DNA from: Candidatus Berkelbacteria bacterium | Lineage (GTDB): Bacteria; Patescibacteriota; UBA1384; XYA2-FULL-43-10; 1-14-0-10-43-13 | DNA length: 41,347 nucleotides | NCBI GenBank assembly: GCA_026397135.1 | Contig: JAPLVL010000020.1 | Span: 17,679 to 59,025 of the forward strand | Direction: 5' to 3' | Part shown: positions 8,133 to 17,336 of the stretch, one piece after another | How positions within the stretch are numbered: the first letter of the stretch is position 1 | How the letters are laid out: the number at the start of each line of letters is the position of its first letter | Notes under the pieces: model-generated | Databases searched by the model: none | What the model was told of the DNA's origin: nothing | What the model saw: the letters and a program-made list of their open reading frames with translations, nothing else | Position numbers and translations under genes: made by a program

Positions 8133-8529
8133 AATATTAGATGAATTGTGTAACAGTGGCAACTTTATAACTTGATGAATTTGATAAACTTCTTATAAAC
8201 AAAATAGTCGCCTTCCAGTTCATGCATTCTATTAAAATAGGATGCAATCCATTTAACAGTTACCTAAAATATAGAATCAAACCTGTCATTGCAAAACCAA
8301 TAGGTTCGTAACAAGTCAATTCCGCTACAATCGTACTGCGACCAAGATCAGAAAATCAGAGTTTTGTGCTTTTGAATAGGATATAAAATTTGACCACCCC
8401 ATAAGCACTAGAGACATTTCAGACTGACGCATTGAAAGAATACTTCAGGTACCACCATCGCTAGGAAAGCAATTTCCAAATAATGCTATTAGATATATTG
8501 TACCAGTCAATGACTTTCTATCCAAACAG

Positions 8530-8582
8530 TTATCCCCAAGCAACAAATATAAAATGGAAAGTTTTCCACAGACTTATTCACA
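8530..8582 (+). promoter_or_regulatory. Cluster of three DnaA-box-like 9-mers
   Basis: TTATCCCCA 8530, TTTTCCACA 8562, TTATTCACA 8574, all in the same orientation. Confidence 0.5.
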
Positions 8583-8657
8583 GTTTTGAAACACAAAATA
8601 GGTTTCCGTCCTAAGCTTGAAACTTCTAAAATAAGTAACAAGCCAATAGATAGTCCA

Positions 8658-8915
8658 CAAAAAGAACCCAGTTATTGGCCGCCAATTGGCTAGCCGGGTA
8701 AATAATCGATGTGTCCCCTCCGGGTCTGAGTCAGAGTTCGGTTCAGAAAAAGGTAATCACTTACACTTCTATCCTTCAAGCTTATCGATGTATCTCGCGA
8801 CAAATCGATAGTTTTAATACTCTTGAAAAAAATTCATGCAAGCAAAATTCAAGATAACCAGGTTCTAAAATTGCTACCATCATAAGGCAGGTAACCCCTC
8901 CATAGATGCTATTGA
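8658..8915 (-). ncRNA. Candidate ~255-nt structured RNA
   Basis: Possible promoter TTTACA-18-TAAACT with extended TG; GCGA-capped hairpin; 3' stem plus T-run; no ORF. Confidence 0.35.
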
Positions 8916-9036
8916 CAATAGTTTATCAGGAAATCAGTTAATATGTAAACAAGTAAAGAGTTAGCTACAAAAAAAATAGTCCGCTTCTAGCATTCGCAAG
9001 AAACGGACAGTGAGTAAGATGTAAGCAGAAATAAAA

Positions 9037-9402
9037 TTAGTGGTTGCGGCCGCCGCTGAAGACACACCAGCAAACTAGGTCGCCCTCGCCATCGTTGAAG
9101 AGTGTGTGCCGAATGTTCACCGGCACAAGCACAATCATGCCCCGCTTAACATGGACGACCAGCTTATCTGGATCATCGTCTTCGCCCAGCTGCATACGGC
9201 CGACGCCGGCGAGGAACTGGTAGATTTCGTCTTTGTCGTCATGGACATGTCCATTGGTTCGTTGACCTGCATGCAATTCGGTCATCGAGACGGTCAGGTA
9301 CTCCATTTTCTCATCGGTCAGCCGATATTGATCGGTGTCCTTAACCGTTTCGCCGACACTGGGAAAATCTTCCAATTGAAACGTTTCGATTTTCTTCATC
9401 AT
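9037..9402 (-). CDS. Cupin-domain protein
   Basis: GHVHDDKDEIYQFLAGVG and VPVNIRH metal-binding motifs. Confidence 0.88.
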   Translation of the reverse strand: MMKKIETFQLEDFPSVGETVKDTDQYRLTDEKMEYLTVSMTELHAGQRTNGHVHDDKDEIYQFLAGVGRMQLGEDDDPDKLVVHVKRGMIVLVPVNIRHTLFNDGEGDLVCWCVFSGGRNH

Positions 9403-9464
9403 CTCGCGCCCCCTTGACGCTTGAGTGATATTTATCACCAACTCACCAGAATGTCAAATAATCG

Positions 9465-11594
9465 CTATATAATATCCAGTAAGTGTTCGGGGATATTTTC
9501 GATAAATCGAGATTTTGGATTGCATTGAAAGCGACCATAAATATTGCGCTCGCGAGCATATATTAAATACAATCTCTCCTTTGCACGAGTAATACCGACA
9601 TAAGCCAGCCGTCGCTCCTCTTCCATCTCACTTTGATCCATCAGAGCGCGGCTGTGCGGGAATAGACCTTCTTCGACACCAATGATAAATACAGTATTAA
9701 ATTCCAACCCCTTAGCGGAATGTAGAGTCATGAGCGTCACGACACCTTCATTGTCTGCAATCTGATCAGTATCCTGAACTAGTGCAACTTGCTGAAGAAA
9801 CAGCTCAAGCGGACTTTCGGAATTAGAGTTTTCTGCGTCGCCGGTTTCGGTTTCAATTTGTTCTGCTACAGTTACCAACTCCTGGATATTCTCCCACCTC
9901 GCCTCTCCCTCTGGAGTACCGTCAAGTAAATAATGCTTGAACCCTGTCCTTGTGGCAATTTCCAAAATAAGTTGATCAAGCGAATGAGTCGCAGAATAGT
10001 CTGAAAACCCTTTCAATAATTTGAAAAAAACAGTCACTTTGGGCGGAAAATTCTTACATAATTGCTCGATTATTTCATTGTCCAAACATCCCATTTTGTC
10101 ATCCTCGAGACCAGCGGTGTTCTTGAGAGTGGTGCCCGGGGATCCATGCGGTGTTTCCTGGATTCCCGCCTCCGCGGGAATGACAGAAGTAGTCGAAATG
10201 ACAGAGCGTAAAAATTCAACAATCTTCTGAATCGTTTTCTCGCCAATCCCGCGCACTGGCACTTGGATGCAACGCTCTAGTGCTTCAAAATCTTTGGGGT
10301 TGGCAATCACTCTCAAATAGGCAATCAGATCCTTGATCTCCTTGCGCTCATAGAAGCGCAAACCTCCGACAACCTTATATGGAATCTTGAACCGTAGAAA
10401 AGCTTCTTCAACTGCTCGGGATTGCGCATTTGTGCGGTACAATACTGCAAAATTCCCGTAGCACCTCTCACTTTCATCATTATGGACTTTTAGACTTTGA
10501 ACTAATGACCTTATCTCCATCGTTGTAAACTCAGCCTCATCTTTTTCATTTAGCGCTTCATATACAGTAATCAGTCTCCCTTCGGGATTCTCGGTCCAAA
10601 GTTTCTTGTCTGTTTTGTTTTCGTTGTATTTAATAACTTCATTTGCAGCCTCAAGCACTGTCTTGGTTGAACGATAATTTTGCTCGAGTTTGATTACGAC
10701 CGCATTCTTGTAATCCCGCTCAAAATTCAAAATATTTTTGAAATTTGCCCCTCTCCAGCTGTAAATCGACTGGTAATCATCGCCAACAACCATAATATTT
10801 TTGTTCTTCTCTGCCAATAATTTCGCCCAGAGATACTGCGCCTGGTTTGTATCCTGGTACTCGTCAACCAAAATGTATTTAAATGAATTTTGGTATTTTT
10901 CCAAAATCGAAGGATTTTTCTGAAAGAGAACAACACACTGCATTATCAAGTCGTCAAAATCCATTGCGTTCGCCTGTCGCAAATATCTCTCGTATTTTTC
11001 ATACACTTTGGCCGTGTTCGCCTCAAATGGGGAATTAACGTATTTTTTGTATTCAGTCGGTCCAATCAATTCGTTCTTGGCGCCAGATATGAAATAGGCG
11101 ATCGAGTTTGGATTGAAGTTCTTCGGATCAATGCTCAGTTCTTTCATAATCTTTTTGATTACCGAGAGAGAATCTTGCGAATCATAAATTGTAAAACTCC
11201 TAGTATATCCGACAAAATCCGCCTCACGGCGAAGTATCCTGACACAGATAGAATGAAAGGTTCCAAGCCATGGCAATTTTAATAGTCCAGTCCCAGAGAG
11301 GCCGCCTTCAGGCTTTCGACTTTCGGCCTGCCTTGCCGTCAGGCAGACTTTCGACTTTGAGCTTGCGAGCAAATGGCTGACTCGATCAGACATTTCTCGT
11401 GCTGCCTTATTTGTAAATGTCACTGCCAAAATCTGATACGGTGAAACATGTTTTTCTTCGATCAAATAGGCAATTCGATGCGTCAGGGCTTTGGTCTTGC
11501 CCGAACCGGCTCCAGCCAAAACCAAAACAGGCCCTTCTGTGGCCAGAACTGCCTTTTCCTGCTCTTTGTTTAGATTATCTAGTAATTTGTCCAT
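9465..11594 (-). CDS. pcrA: ATP-dependent DNA helicase UvrD/PcrA with repeat-derived insertions
   Basis: AGAGSGKT, VTFTNKAA, VDEYQDTN, VGDDYQSIYSWRGA, LEQNYRS, TLHSAKGLEF, EERRLAYVGITRA. Confidence 0.96.
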   Translation of the reverse strand: MDKLLDNLNKEQEKAVLATEGPVLVLAGAGSGKTKALTHRIAYLIEEKHVSPYQILAVTFTNKAAREMSDRVSHLLASSKSKVCLTARQAESRKPEGGLSGTGLLKLPWLGTFHSICVRILRREADFVGYTRSFTIYDSQDSLSVIKKIMKELSIDPKNFNPNSIAYFISGAKNELIGPTEYKKYVNSPFEANTAKVYEKYERYLRQANAMDFDDLIMQCVVLFQKNPSILEKYQNSFKYILVDEYQDTNQAQYLWAKLLAEKNKNIMVVGDDYQSIYSWRGANFKNILNFERDYKNAVVIKLEQNYRSTKTVLEAANEVIKYNENKTDKKLWTENPEGRLITVYEALNEKDEAEFTTMEIRSLVQSLKVHNDESERCYGNFAVLYRTNAQSRAVEEAFLRFKIPYKVVGGLRFYERKEIKDLIAYLRVIANPKDFEALERCIQVPVRGIGEKTIQKIVEFLRSVISTTSVIPAEAGIQETPHGSPGTTLKNTAGLEDDKMGCLDNEIIEQLCKNFPPKVTVFFKLLKGFSDYSATHSLDQLILEIATRTGFKHYLLDGTPEGEARWENIQELVTVAEQIETETGDAENSNSESPLELFLQQVALVQDTDQIADNEGVVTLMTLHSAKGLEFNTVFIIGVEEGLFPHSRALMDQSEMEEERRLAYVGITRAKERLYLIYARERNIYGRFQCNPKSRFIENIPEHLLDII
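10098..10202. repeat. Palindromic element inserted in frame in uvrD/pcrA (105 bp)
   Basis: GTCATCCTCG...GGGGATCCA / TGGATTCCCGCCTCCGCGGGAATGAC plus remnant GTCGAAATGAC; encodes VISTTSVIPAEAGIQETPHGSPG...LEDD. Confidence 0.85.
11311..11360. repeat. CTGCC..GGCAG hairpin flanked by ACTTTCG heptamers, inside uvrD/pcrA
   Basis: ggctttcgactttcgg-cctgccttgccgtcaggcag-actttcgactttga; encodes SKSKVCLTARQAESRK. Confidence 0.7.
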
Positions 11595-11627
11595 CTTTGT
11601 GAAATAAACTCCTTAGATTCAGTTCTA

Positions 11628-11692
11628 TTGACTAACTGACTTATTGATCTACTTACTCACTGACTCACTGACTTACTGACTTACTGATCAAC
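11628..11692. repeat. Short-period tandem repeat (ACTG/ACTC/ACTT units)
   Basis: ttgactaactgacttattgatctacttactcactgactcactgacttactgacttactga. Confidence 0.7.
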
Positions 11693-11802
11693 TAGTGAAT
11701 TTTAACATCATAATCTGGATATTGGAAGCAGCCAAAAGCATTGCCAAATCGGCAATTTTAGGTTATAGTCAGCAAATCCTACTCGCGAAGGGATTGTTTC
11801 AG

Positions 11803-12531
11803 ATGCAAAGACAATTATTGCCCGGAATAACGACGACTCCGGGATCAGACTGGCACTCAATGTTGGAAGTTGAACTTCCAGCTCTTGGCCTCACAGAGGT
11901 ATCTGTCTTCATGACGGGCCTGAAAAGCAGAGAGAAACGGAGCAGCTTTTACGATCAGTTCCTCCAAATTGGCAAGAAACAGAAGATTACCGTGCCCTTC
12001 GTCCATGCTGTCGCCGAAATGGAAAGCAGCGAATATTTGTTTTGGATGTATCATTTCAAAACAGAATATTTCGTTCTTCATTCGGAGTTACAGTACAAGC
12101 GCAATTCGGAATCAACAAACTTCCTCGAAGGTCAAATCCTAATCGAAAACTCGATTCCCTGGATCGATGACGAGGAAGCAGAGAGACATGCCGGATATTG
12201 CTTCGATTTTGCCCACGGCGCAACAGATCGCTTGACCAGACCACATGTCTATGCGCAAAGCGTCAAGCACGCGCTGACTGCGGCCAGCAAGGGGACGCTC
12301 TGCAACCACATTAGTGGTTTTAGTGGCGCGAACTATTTCATTCACAAGCCCACTGGGTTGATCAGGTACGATCTTCACCATCTCAGATCACTCCGCGACC
12401 TGGATTACCTGCAAGGGTTCGGCTCCGAACTCTTCGGAAAGTTTCTAGCACTCGAGGTTGAGGATAGTCTTACTCGACAGCTGGAAGCAATTGAGTACAT
12501 CAAGTATCTTCTGCCACACATTTTTCCATAG
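11803..12531 (+). CDS. Hypothetical protein, probable xylose-isomerase/AP-endonuclease-2-like TIM barrel
   Basis: Spaced metal-ligand pattern FVHA, VLHS, IENS, CFDFAH, NHISG, LEVED; followed by a perfect palindromic terminator at 12541-12566. Confidence 0.6.
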   Translation: MQRQLLPGITTTPGSDWHSMLEVELPALGLTEVSVFMTGLKSREKRSSFYDQFLQIGKKQKITVPFVHAVAEMESSEYLFWMYHFKTEYFVLHSELQYKRNSESTNFLEGQILIENSIPWIDDEEAERHAGYCFDFAHGATDRLTRPHVYAQSVKHALTAASKGTLCNHISGFSGANYFIHKPTGLIRYDLHHLRSLRDLDYLQGFGSELFGKFLALEVEDSLTRQLEAIEYIKYLLPHIFP

Positions 12532-12667
12532 ATCAGTCCCAAGCCGGTTTGAATTCAAACCGGCTTTAAATTTGTCAGCGTTCTTCCGGTTCTTGCAGCG
12601 GATTGCATTTCGTGTTTGCTTTTGTTAATCTGACCCAGAAGTTTACTTCGTACGAGGGGGAAGAAAC

Positions 12668-13447
12668 ATGCGATACCTTTTGCTTTTGCTGGCCATATTT
12701 TGGCTGATACCAATCCGAGCCAAAGATTTGGCGGTTACGAAACAGGAAGTCCAAATTGATCCCGGCAAATCCGCTGTTTACTGCGGCGAAGCCAACGGAC
12801 GCTTGATTTGGATCAAGGAGAAAGTTGCAACTCAAAGATCTGCGATTTCACCAAGGCTCACCTACGAAGAGGGTGGACTTATCTTCGGTCAAATCAATCC
12901 GGAAGGCAACAACCCTCTGCTTACTCAGATCGGCTACGCTTTTTCCGACATCGACCCGATGATCGATGGCAAGGAAATTTGTCTCTTCTACAAGAAAAAG
13001 CAAGCTCAATCTGGATCGTCCTTTTACGCCGCCAGAATCTACCACTGGCAAGCCAGCGAGAAAATCTACAAGTATTACTGGACTTATTGCAGCAAGACCG
13101 CCCTAGCGAACAATAATTACCGCAATGCCATCTTGGCTGAAATCCGAAATGCTGATCATAATTTCATCCGAGAGTCTCTGAAAATCGCCGATTTTATTGC
13201 TGCGATTCGTCTGGGTCACTGGAGCGACGTTCGAAACAAGCTCAACACGCAAAATGGCATGACGATTGATCGAATGAAGAATATAGACGACTCAATCACC
13301 TATTTACCGCCACCCCGTGACTGGGAACGCCACTCCGTGTCTGAAGACAGTCGGAAATTTATTTTCATTTCTGCCTTTGACGGCAAGACATGGTATCTCG
13401 TCATCAAAAACGACAAGATTACCGTCTATCAAGCCGGTCGCCAATAA
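12668..13447 (+). CDS. Hypothetical secreted protein (paralog of 13553-14302)
   Basis: Signal peptide; SD GAGGGGG; shared GKEIC.F and W...EK.Y..YW.Y motifs. Confidence 0.8.
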   Translation: MRYLLLLLAIFWLIPIRAKDLAVTKQEVQIDPGKSAVYCGEANGRLIWIKEKVATQRSAISPRLTYEEGGLIFGQINPEGNNPLLTQIGYAFSDIDPMIDGKEICLFYKKKQAQSGSSFYAARIYHWQASEKIYKYYWTYCSKTALANNNYRNAILAEIRNADHNFIRESLKIADFIAAIRLGHWSDVRNKLNTQNGMTIDRMKNIDDSITYLPPPRDWERHSVSEDSRKFIFISAFDGKTWYLVIKNDKITVYQAGRQ

Positions 13448-13552
13448 TCCCCCGCCCCGACACAATCGGGGCAACTTTTTTGTCAATTTGCATTTTCAAA
13501 AATGCTATGATAGGTTGACTTTACGATTCTGAAAACGGGGAGGGCACGCTCA

Positions 13553-14302
13553 ATGCGCTGGTTTATCGGATGTCTCCTGCTTTTCTTCGCAAGCGTTTGC
13601 TTCGGAAAGCCGACAGTCAAAATCTCGACTTCCGACATAAACGGAGACGGTGAAATCGAATCGATTTCCGAAATCACCGACACCGCCACAATGGGACTCG
13701 AGGTCAGCAAAGGTGGGAAGAACCTCTTTGCTCGTTACTATCTTCCAGTCGAAAATTCCGGCTTCAAGATAGAAGACCTTGATCTGAACTTTGGTGGTAA
13801 GGAAATCTGCGCTTTCCTACCATCCTGGAAACAAGATACGACAGTATCAGCTGGCCAGCTCAAATACCAAGTCGAGGTTAGCCGCTGGAATCAAAAAGAA
13901 AAACGCTACACTCTCTATTGGGTGTACGAGACACACAAACCGTACAAAGTCGGCGATTTCGACAATATTCTGGTCCAGATGAATGCCGACATCAACCGTT
14001 TTTACGACTCGATGATTCCGGTCTGGAAATTTCGCCAGCTTATAGCAGACAACAAGTGGGATGGTGTCGAGAAGCAAATCGGCAAAACAGCCGGCTTCGA
14101 CACAACCATCGCCAAAATTATGCTGAACCGCGCCGCGTTCGTCTGCATGCCCGATAGCAAAGACTGGCGGATGTTTTCCTCTGATAGCTCACCCGAAGTC
14201 ATCTTCTACAGTTTTGAAACCTCCGGCGAGACCTACACTGTCGCTGTCATTCCGGACAAAGACGGCACGAAATTCGCCTTCAAGATCGGCGGCCCCAATT
14301 AA
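13553..14302 (+). CDS. Hypothetical secreted protein with a DINGDG (FG-GAP/Ca-binding-like) motif
   Basis: Signal peptide; SD GGAGG; terminator at 14310-14342. Confidence 0.8.
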   Translation: MRWFIGCLLLFFASVCFGKPTVKISTSDINGDGEIESISEITDTATMGLEVSKGGKNLFARYYLPVENSGFKIEDLDLNFGGKEICAFLPSWKQDTTVSAGQLKYQVEVSRWNQKEKRYTLYWVYETHKPYKVGDFDNILVQMNADINRFYDSMIPVWKFRQLIADNKWDGVEKQIGKTAGFDTTIAKIMLNRAAFVCMPDSKDWRMFSSDSSPEVIFYSFETSGETYTVAVIPDKDGTKFAFKIGGPN

Positions 14303-14390
14303 ACATTCCCCCGCTCTGATATTCAATCAGGGCGGTCTTTTTGTATAAAAAATATGGTGCCCGACAAATGCCGAACACCAAGAATAAATA

Positions 14391-15422
14391 TCAATTTGAT
14401 GCAATCTTTGCATCACCAGAACCGGAAATTTTTTTCACTACATCGATTTTGATATCCCCTAACACCGACAAGACGATACCATCTCGAAGATCTCTTTCGT
14501 AAATAGGATAATCAAATGCGCTAATTTCAATGAGATTATCCCCATTCACTCCAGCAATGATTCTGCGTTCAAATTCTGCACTGCCACGCTTTGAAATCTC
14601 TCGCTTGATCACATCTTTGGCGTATTGATTGACCGCAATTTCCAATGGATTCTGATTTAATCTGCCTTGATCATTAGCAAGAAATGTAGGCCAGTTGCTG
14701 TCAAATCCATCAACTTTGACCGTGCATAAGTACTTAATCAAGAAGTCGACCCCATCCTTGGTTCTGACCCGGATTTTGTCGGCAACACTGGGATAGGTAT
14801 TGTAAATCTCGATCCTATGTTTCCAAGGAAGCAATTTAACCTCGTTTCTGACCTCATACTTTCGATCAAGAATTAGCTTCTGAAACACACTGAAAGGTGG
14901 ATTGAGTGTACAAATACAAGAGTTGACAATACAACAATAAATTCCGATTCCCGTGACCCAGAACATCGTGTGGCCATATCGCCTCTCGATCGCAAACGCC
15001 CACCAGATATCGAGCAAGATGAAGGCCAGCAATCCAAACATCGTATCGAGGGCAATATCAGACATATCTGCAGTACCCCACACAACATTGCCATAGATGA
15101 GAAGTCCTGTCCCCAAAACCAATATTCCGAGAGCCAAAAACCAGAAAAAACGTTTCTCGATCCCCTCTGGTTCCGCCGTCAGAAATCTCTTGAACCTTGC
15201 TCGAACTTTTCGCCAATCAATTTTTTCTCGGGATTTTGATTGGACTTTGATCGGGACTTGCATGTTTGCAAGAACTCCGAGAAGTTCCTCTAGCTCGAGC
15301 AGATTCCTTTCCCAAGTATGAATCTTCCGTGTCAAAAAGAACAAATGCAAACGTTTTTGCGCCGATTTTGGCGAAAAAACGTTCGCAAGACGAGTAAACA
15401 TTTTCTTAGCAGAAGAATACAT
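14391..15422 (-). CDS. Membrane protein with 3 TM helices and a possible degenerate SPFH/Band-7-like C-terminal domain
   Basis: Hydrophobic helices; RVRTKDGVDFLIKYLCTVKV resembles the SPFH beta hairpin; GGAGG SD before ATG 15422. Confidence 0.6.
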   Translation of the reverse strand: MYSSAKKMFTRLANVFSPKSAQKRLHLFFLTRKIHTWERNLLELEELLGVLANMQVPIKVQSKSREKIDWRKVRARFKRFLTAEPEGIEKRFFWFLALGILVLGTGLLIYGNVVWGTADMSDIALDTMFGLLAFILLDIWWAFAIERRYGHTMFWVTGIGIYCCIVNSCICTLNPPFSVFQKLILDRKYEVRNEVKLLPWKHRIEIYNTYPSVADKIRVRTKDGVDFLIKYLCTVKVDGFDSNWPTFLANDQGRLNQNPLEIAVNQYAKDVIKREISKRGSAEFERRIIAGVNGDNLIEISAFDYPIYERDLRDGIVLSVLGDIKIDVVKKISGSGDAKIASN

Positions 15423-15498
15423 TGATCCCCTCCTCCTCATACTTCCAAGACCATATGTATCACATATTTCGCAAATTTTAAATATTGGGAATTAAAAT

Positions 15499-16135
15499 CA
15501 AAAAATCCCATTCAATTTCTTGTTTGGGATTTTTTGGGTTGGGCAAAAACGATTTGAAGGACTATTCGAGCAATATGTTTTTTAATATATGACTCGGCCT
15601 TACCGTTTGTGCCCTCTTTAAGAGGTTTTGATTATTTGTCCGCCTTGAGATATACATCCCGAAGAAGACGAATCGCTGCCTCTTACTGTCCACTTTGTTA
15701 TAGTGGTTATTTGGAATATCTTTGGTTTTAGGCTATTCGAGTGTTGTTTGTTTTAATTCAAACTCGGCTAAACCGAAATTTATTCTCTGAAACTTTTCTT
15801 CATTTTCCTTAATAAATTTGCATTTAGTTTAAAGATAAATTGATAGGTTTCTTTTGTTTTTATTCTTGTCCTTTGGCAAGAATGAGATGGGGAGGAATTT
15901 AATTGCCGATTCACATTTAGTGACTTTGCAATATTGTATAATCACATATTTTATAGATTATTATTTCCTCCTAAGAAAAGTGGGGAGCTTTTCTAATTCC
16001 ATCTCGCTCTTGCCAAGACGTTAAAAAACGTCTACCGAAGGGTGACGTATTAACTCGTTTCCCTCCGAGGTGCTTGCTGCAAAAACTATTATTTGTCCTG
16101 CAGCTGTTAAATTGTTAAATTACTTTTTTAATGAT
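15499..16135 (-). ncRNA. Candidate large (~630 nt) structured non-coding RNA
   Basis: TTGACA-17-TACAAT at 16170-16142; 18-bp long-range helix 15999-16016/15873-15890; duplicated internal motifs; terminal hairpin 15499-15536; no ORF of 60 aa or more. Confidence 0.65.
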
Positions 16136-16141
16136 TAAATC

Positions 16142-16207
16142 ATTGTACCAATTACAACACTTCTTGTCAATAGAGTTGTACCCCCACTTGACACTCTGTG
16201 TTGTAAT
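16142..16207 (-). promoter_or_regulatory. Sigma70 promoter overlapped by a 20-bp imperfect inverted repeat
   Basis: ATTACAACACTTCTTGTCAA (16151-16170) vs TTGACACTCTGTGTTGTAAT (16188-16207), 16/20 complementary. Confidence 0.65.
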
Positions 16208-16270
16208 AATTGTCTCCAGGATTGTATATTTTGTATAAAAAAAGGTGGCCATCCATGGCCGCCTAGGCTG

Positions 16271-16708
16271 TTACGCCGCTTCTTCGATCCCTTCGAAATT
16301 ACCACCTCGGCTCTCACCGAAAGTTTTGCGGTACATCCGCCGGTATGTTGTCCGCGCCATTTCCAGCCACTCCTCAGATTTGTTGATGTCTACCTCGTCC
16401 ATCTCGATTGCTTCGTAAGCATAGTAACAAGCCATAGCCCAATCGGGAATATCAGAGAGATCTTCCCTTGTCCCAAGCTTGGCTCGAAGCTCAGTCACAA
16501 ATTCGAGGAACGTACCCATAAGTATTGGCGGACCCTGTCCACCTCGTAACCCTCCATCCGCTGCCCGAATTCTGACGAAGGCAGCAGAGAGGCAATCAAA
16601 CGGCGTCTCACCCTGGAAAATTTCCTCTTCGATACCGATAATTGCCATCACAGACTGAACGCTCAAAAGAGCATCCCTGATTCCCGAGAAACACTTTGCC
16701 CAGTTCAT
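16271..16708 (-). CDS. Hypothetical protein (acidic, helical)
   Basis: AAGGGGG SD before ATG; downstream hairpin plus T-run at 16237-16264. Confidence 0.7.
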   Translation of the reverse strand: MNWAKCFSGIRDALLSVQSVMAIIGIEEEIFQGETPFDCLSAAFVRIRAADGGLRGGQGPPILMGTFLEFVTELRAKLGTREDLSDIPDWAMACYYAYEAIEMDEVDINKSEEWLEMARTTYRRMYRKTFGESRGGNFEGIEEAA

Positions 16709-16884
16709 AAGCTGGCCCCCTTTGTCTCGTGCACAATCTTTCGATTGTTGCTAGCCCGAAAATATCACAAAAGCAAAATTTTTGCAACAAAAAACAAGCG
16801 ATCAGGATCAAGAATTAAGAATTAAGCCAATAGTATTGTCGAATCCTGACTACTGTCTGCTAACTTCAATATCCTGAATTCTGT

Positions 16885-17316
16885 CTACTCTTCCTTATCG
16901 TACTGACCAAATGAATTTCTATTTTCGTACTGACCCTTTTTCGGCATTAGTTTGACTGAGATTTTAAACTTTCTAGCAATTCCACTCGCGTCCGGAATCT
17001 CATCAGTATTGTTTTCTTGATAATATTGTGTCAACTCGGCAGAGAGAATATCACGAAGTGTTGTAATCTCGTCAGTATTCGATTTGATGTTGGCCAAAAC
17101 TTCTTGATTTGGTCCCTTACCCAAGATTTCGTCCTTGATTTGTTTTCTTTTCTGAGTTGCGCCTTTGACCTCCTCAGTTGCCTGAAGATAAGTCTCCTCA
17201 TTTTCAAGTTCACCCTTCAGCATCTCCTTCGAGATTCTAACTTCCTCACTCAGCTTCTCCATCTGGTCAATTCTTTTTTGAATTGTTGGCAAATCCATCT
17301 CTCTCCTTTTCTCCAA
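16885..17316 (-). CDS. Conserved-looking coiled-coil hypothetical protein (start probably ATG 17298)
   Basis: Heptad-rich charged sequence; AGGAG SD before MDLPT; co-oriented with rlmN. Confidence 0.75.
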   Translation of the reverse strand: MEKRREMDLPTIQKRIDQMEKLSEEVRISKEMLKGELENEETYLQATEEVKGATQKRKQIKDEILGKGPNQEVLANIKSNTDEITTLRDILSAELTQYYQENNTDEIPDASGIARKFKISVKLMPKKGQYENRNSFGQYDKEE

Positions 17317-17336
17317 TAAACTATATTGCTTAATAC

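Noticed and set aside
8445-8462. T-box (GGTGGTACC on the minus strand)
   Set aside because: No specifier stem, antiterminator or downstream aminoacyl-tRNA synthetase or amino-acid gene
8500-8660. oriC, suggested by the DnaA-box cluster in a long AT-rich intergenic region
   Set aside because: No dnaA or dnaN nearby, only three imperfect boxes, and core genes stay on the minus strand on both sides
7680-9030. Genes hidden by stop-codon reassignment (genetic code 25)
   Set aside because: TGA ends normal genes here (for example 23929 and 36837), long genes are uninterrupted under code 11, and the frames I checked also contain TAA/TAG
15870-16020. Type I toxin mRNA with a sequestered GGAGG
   Set aside because: No hydrophobic ORF follows the SD-like motif on either strand
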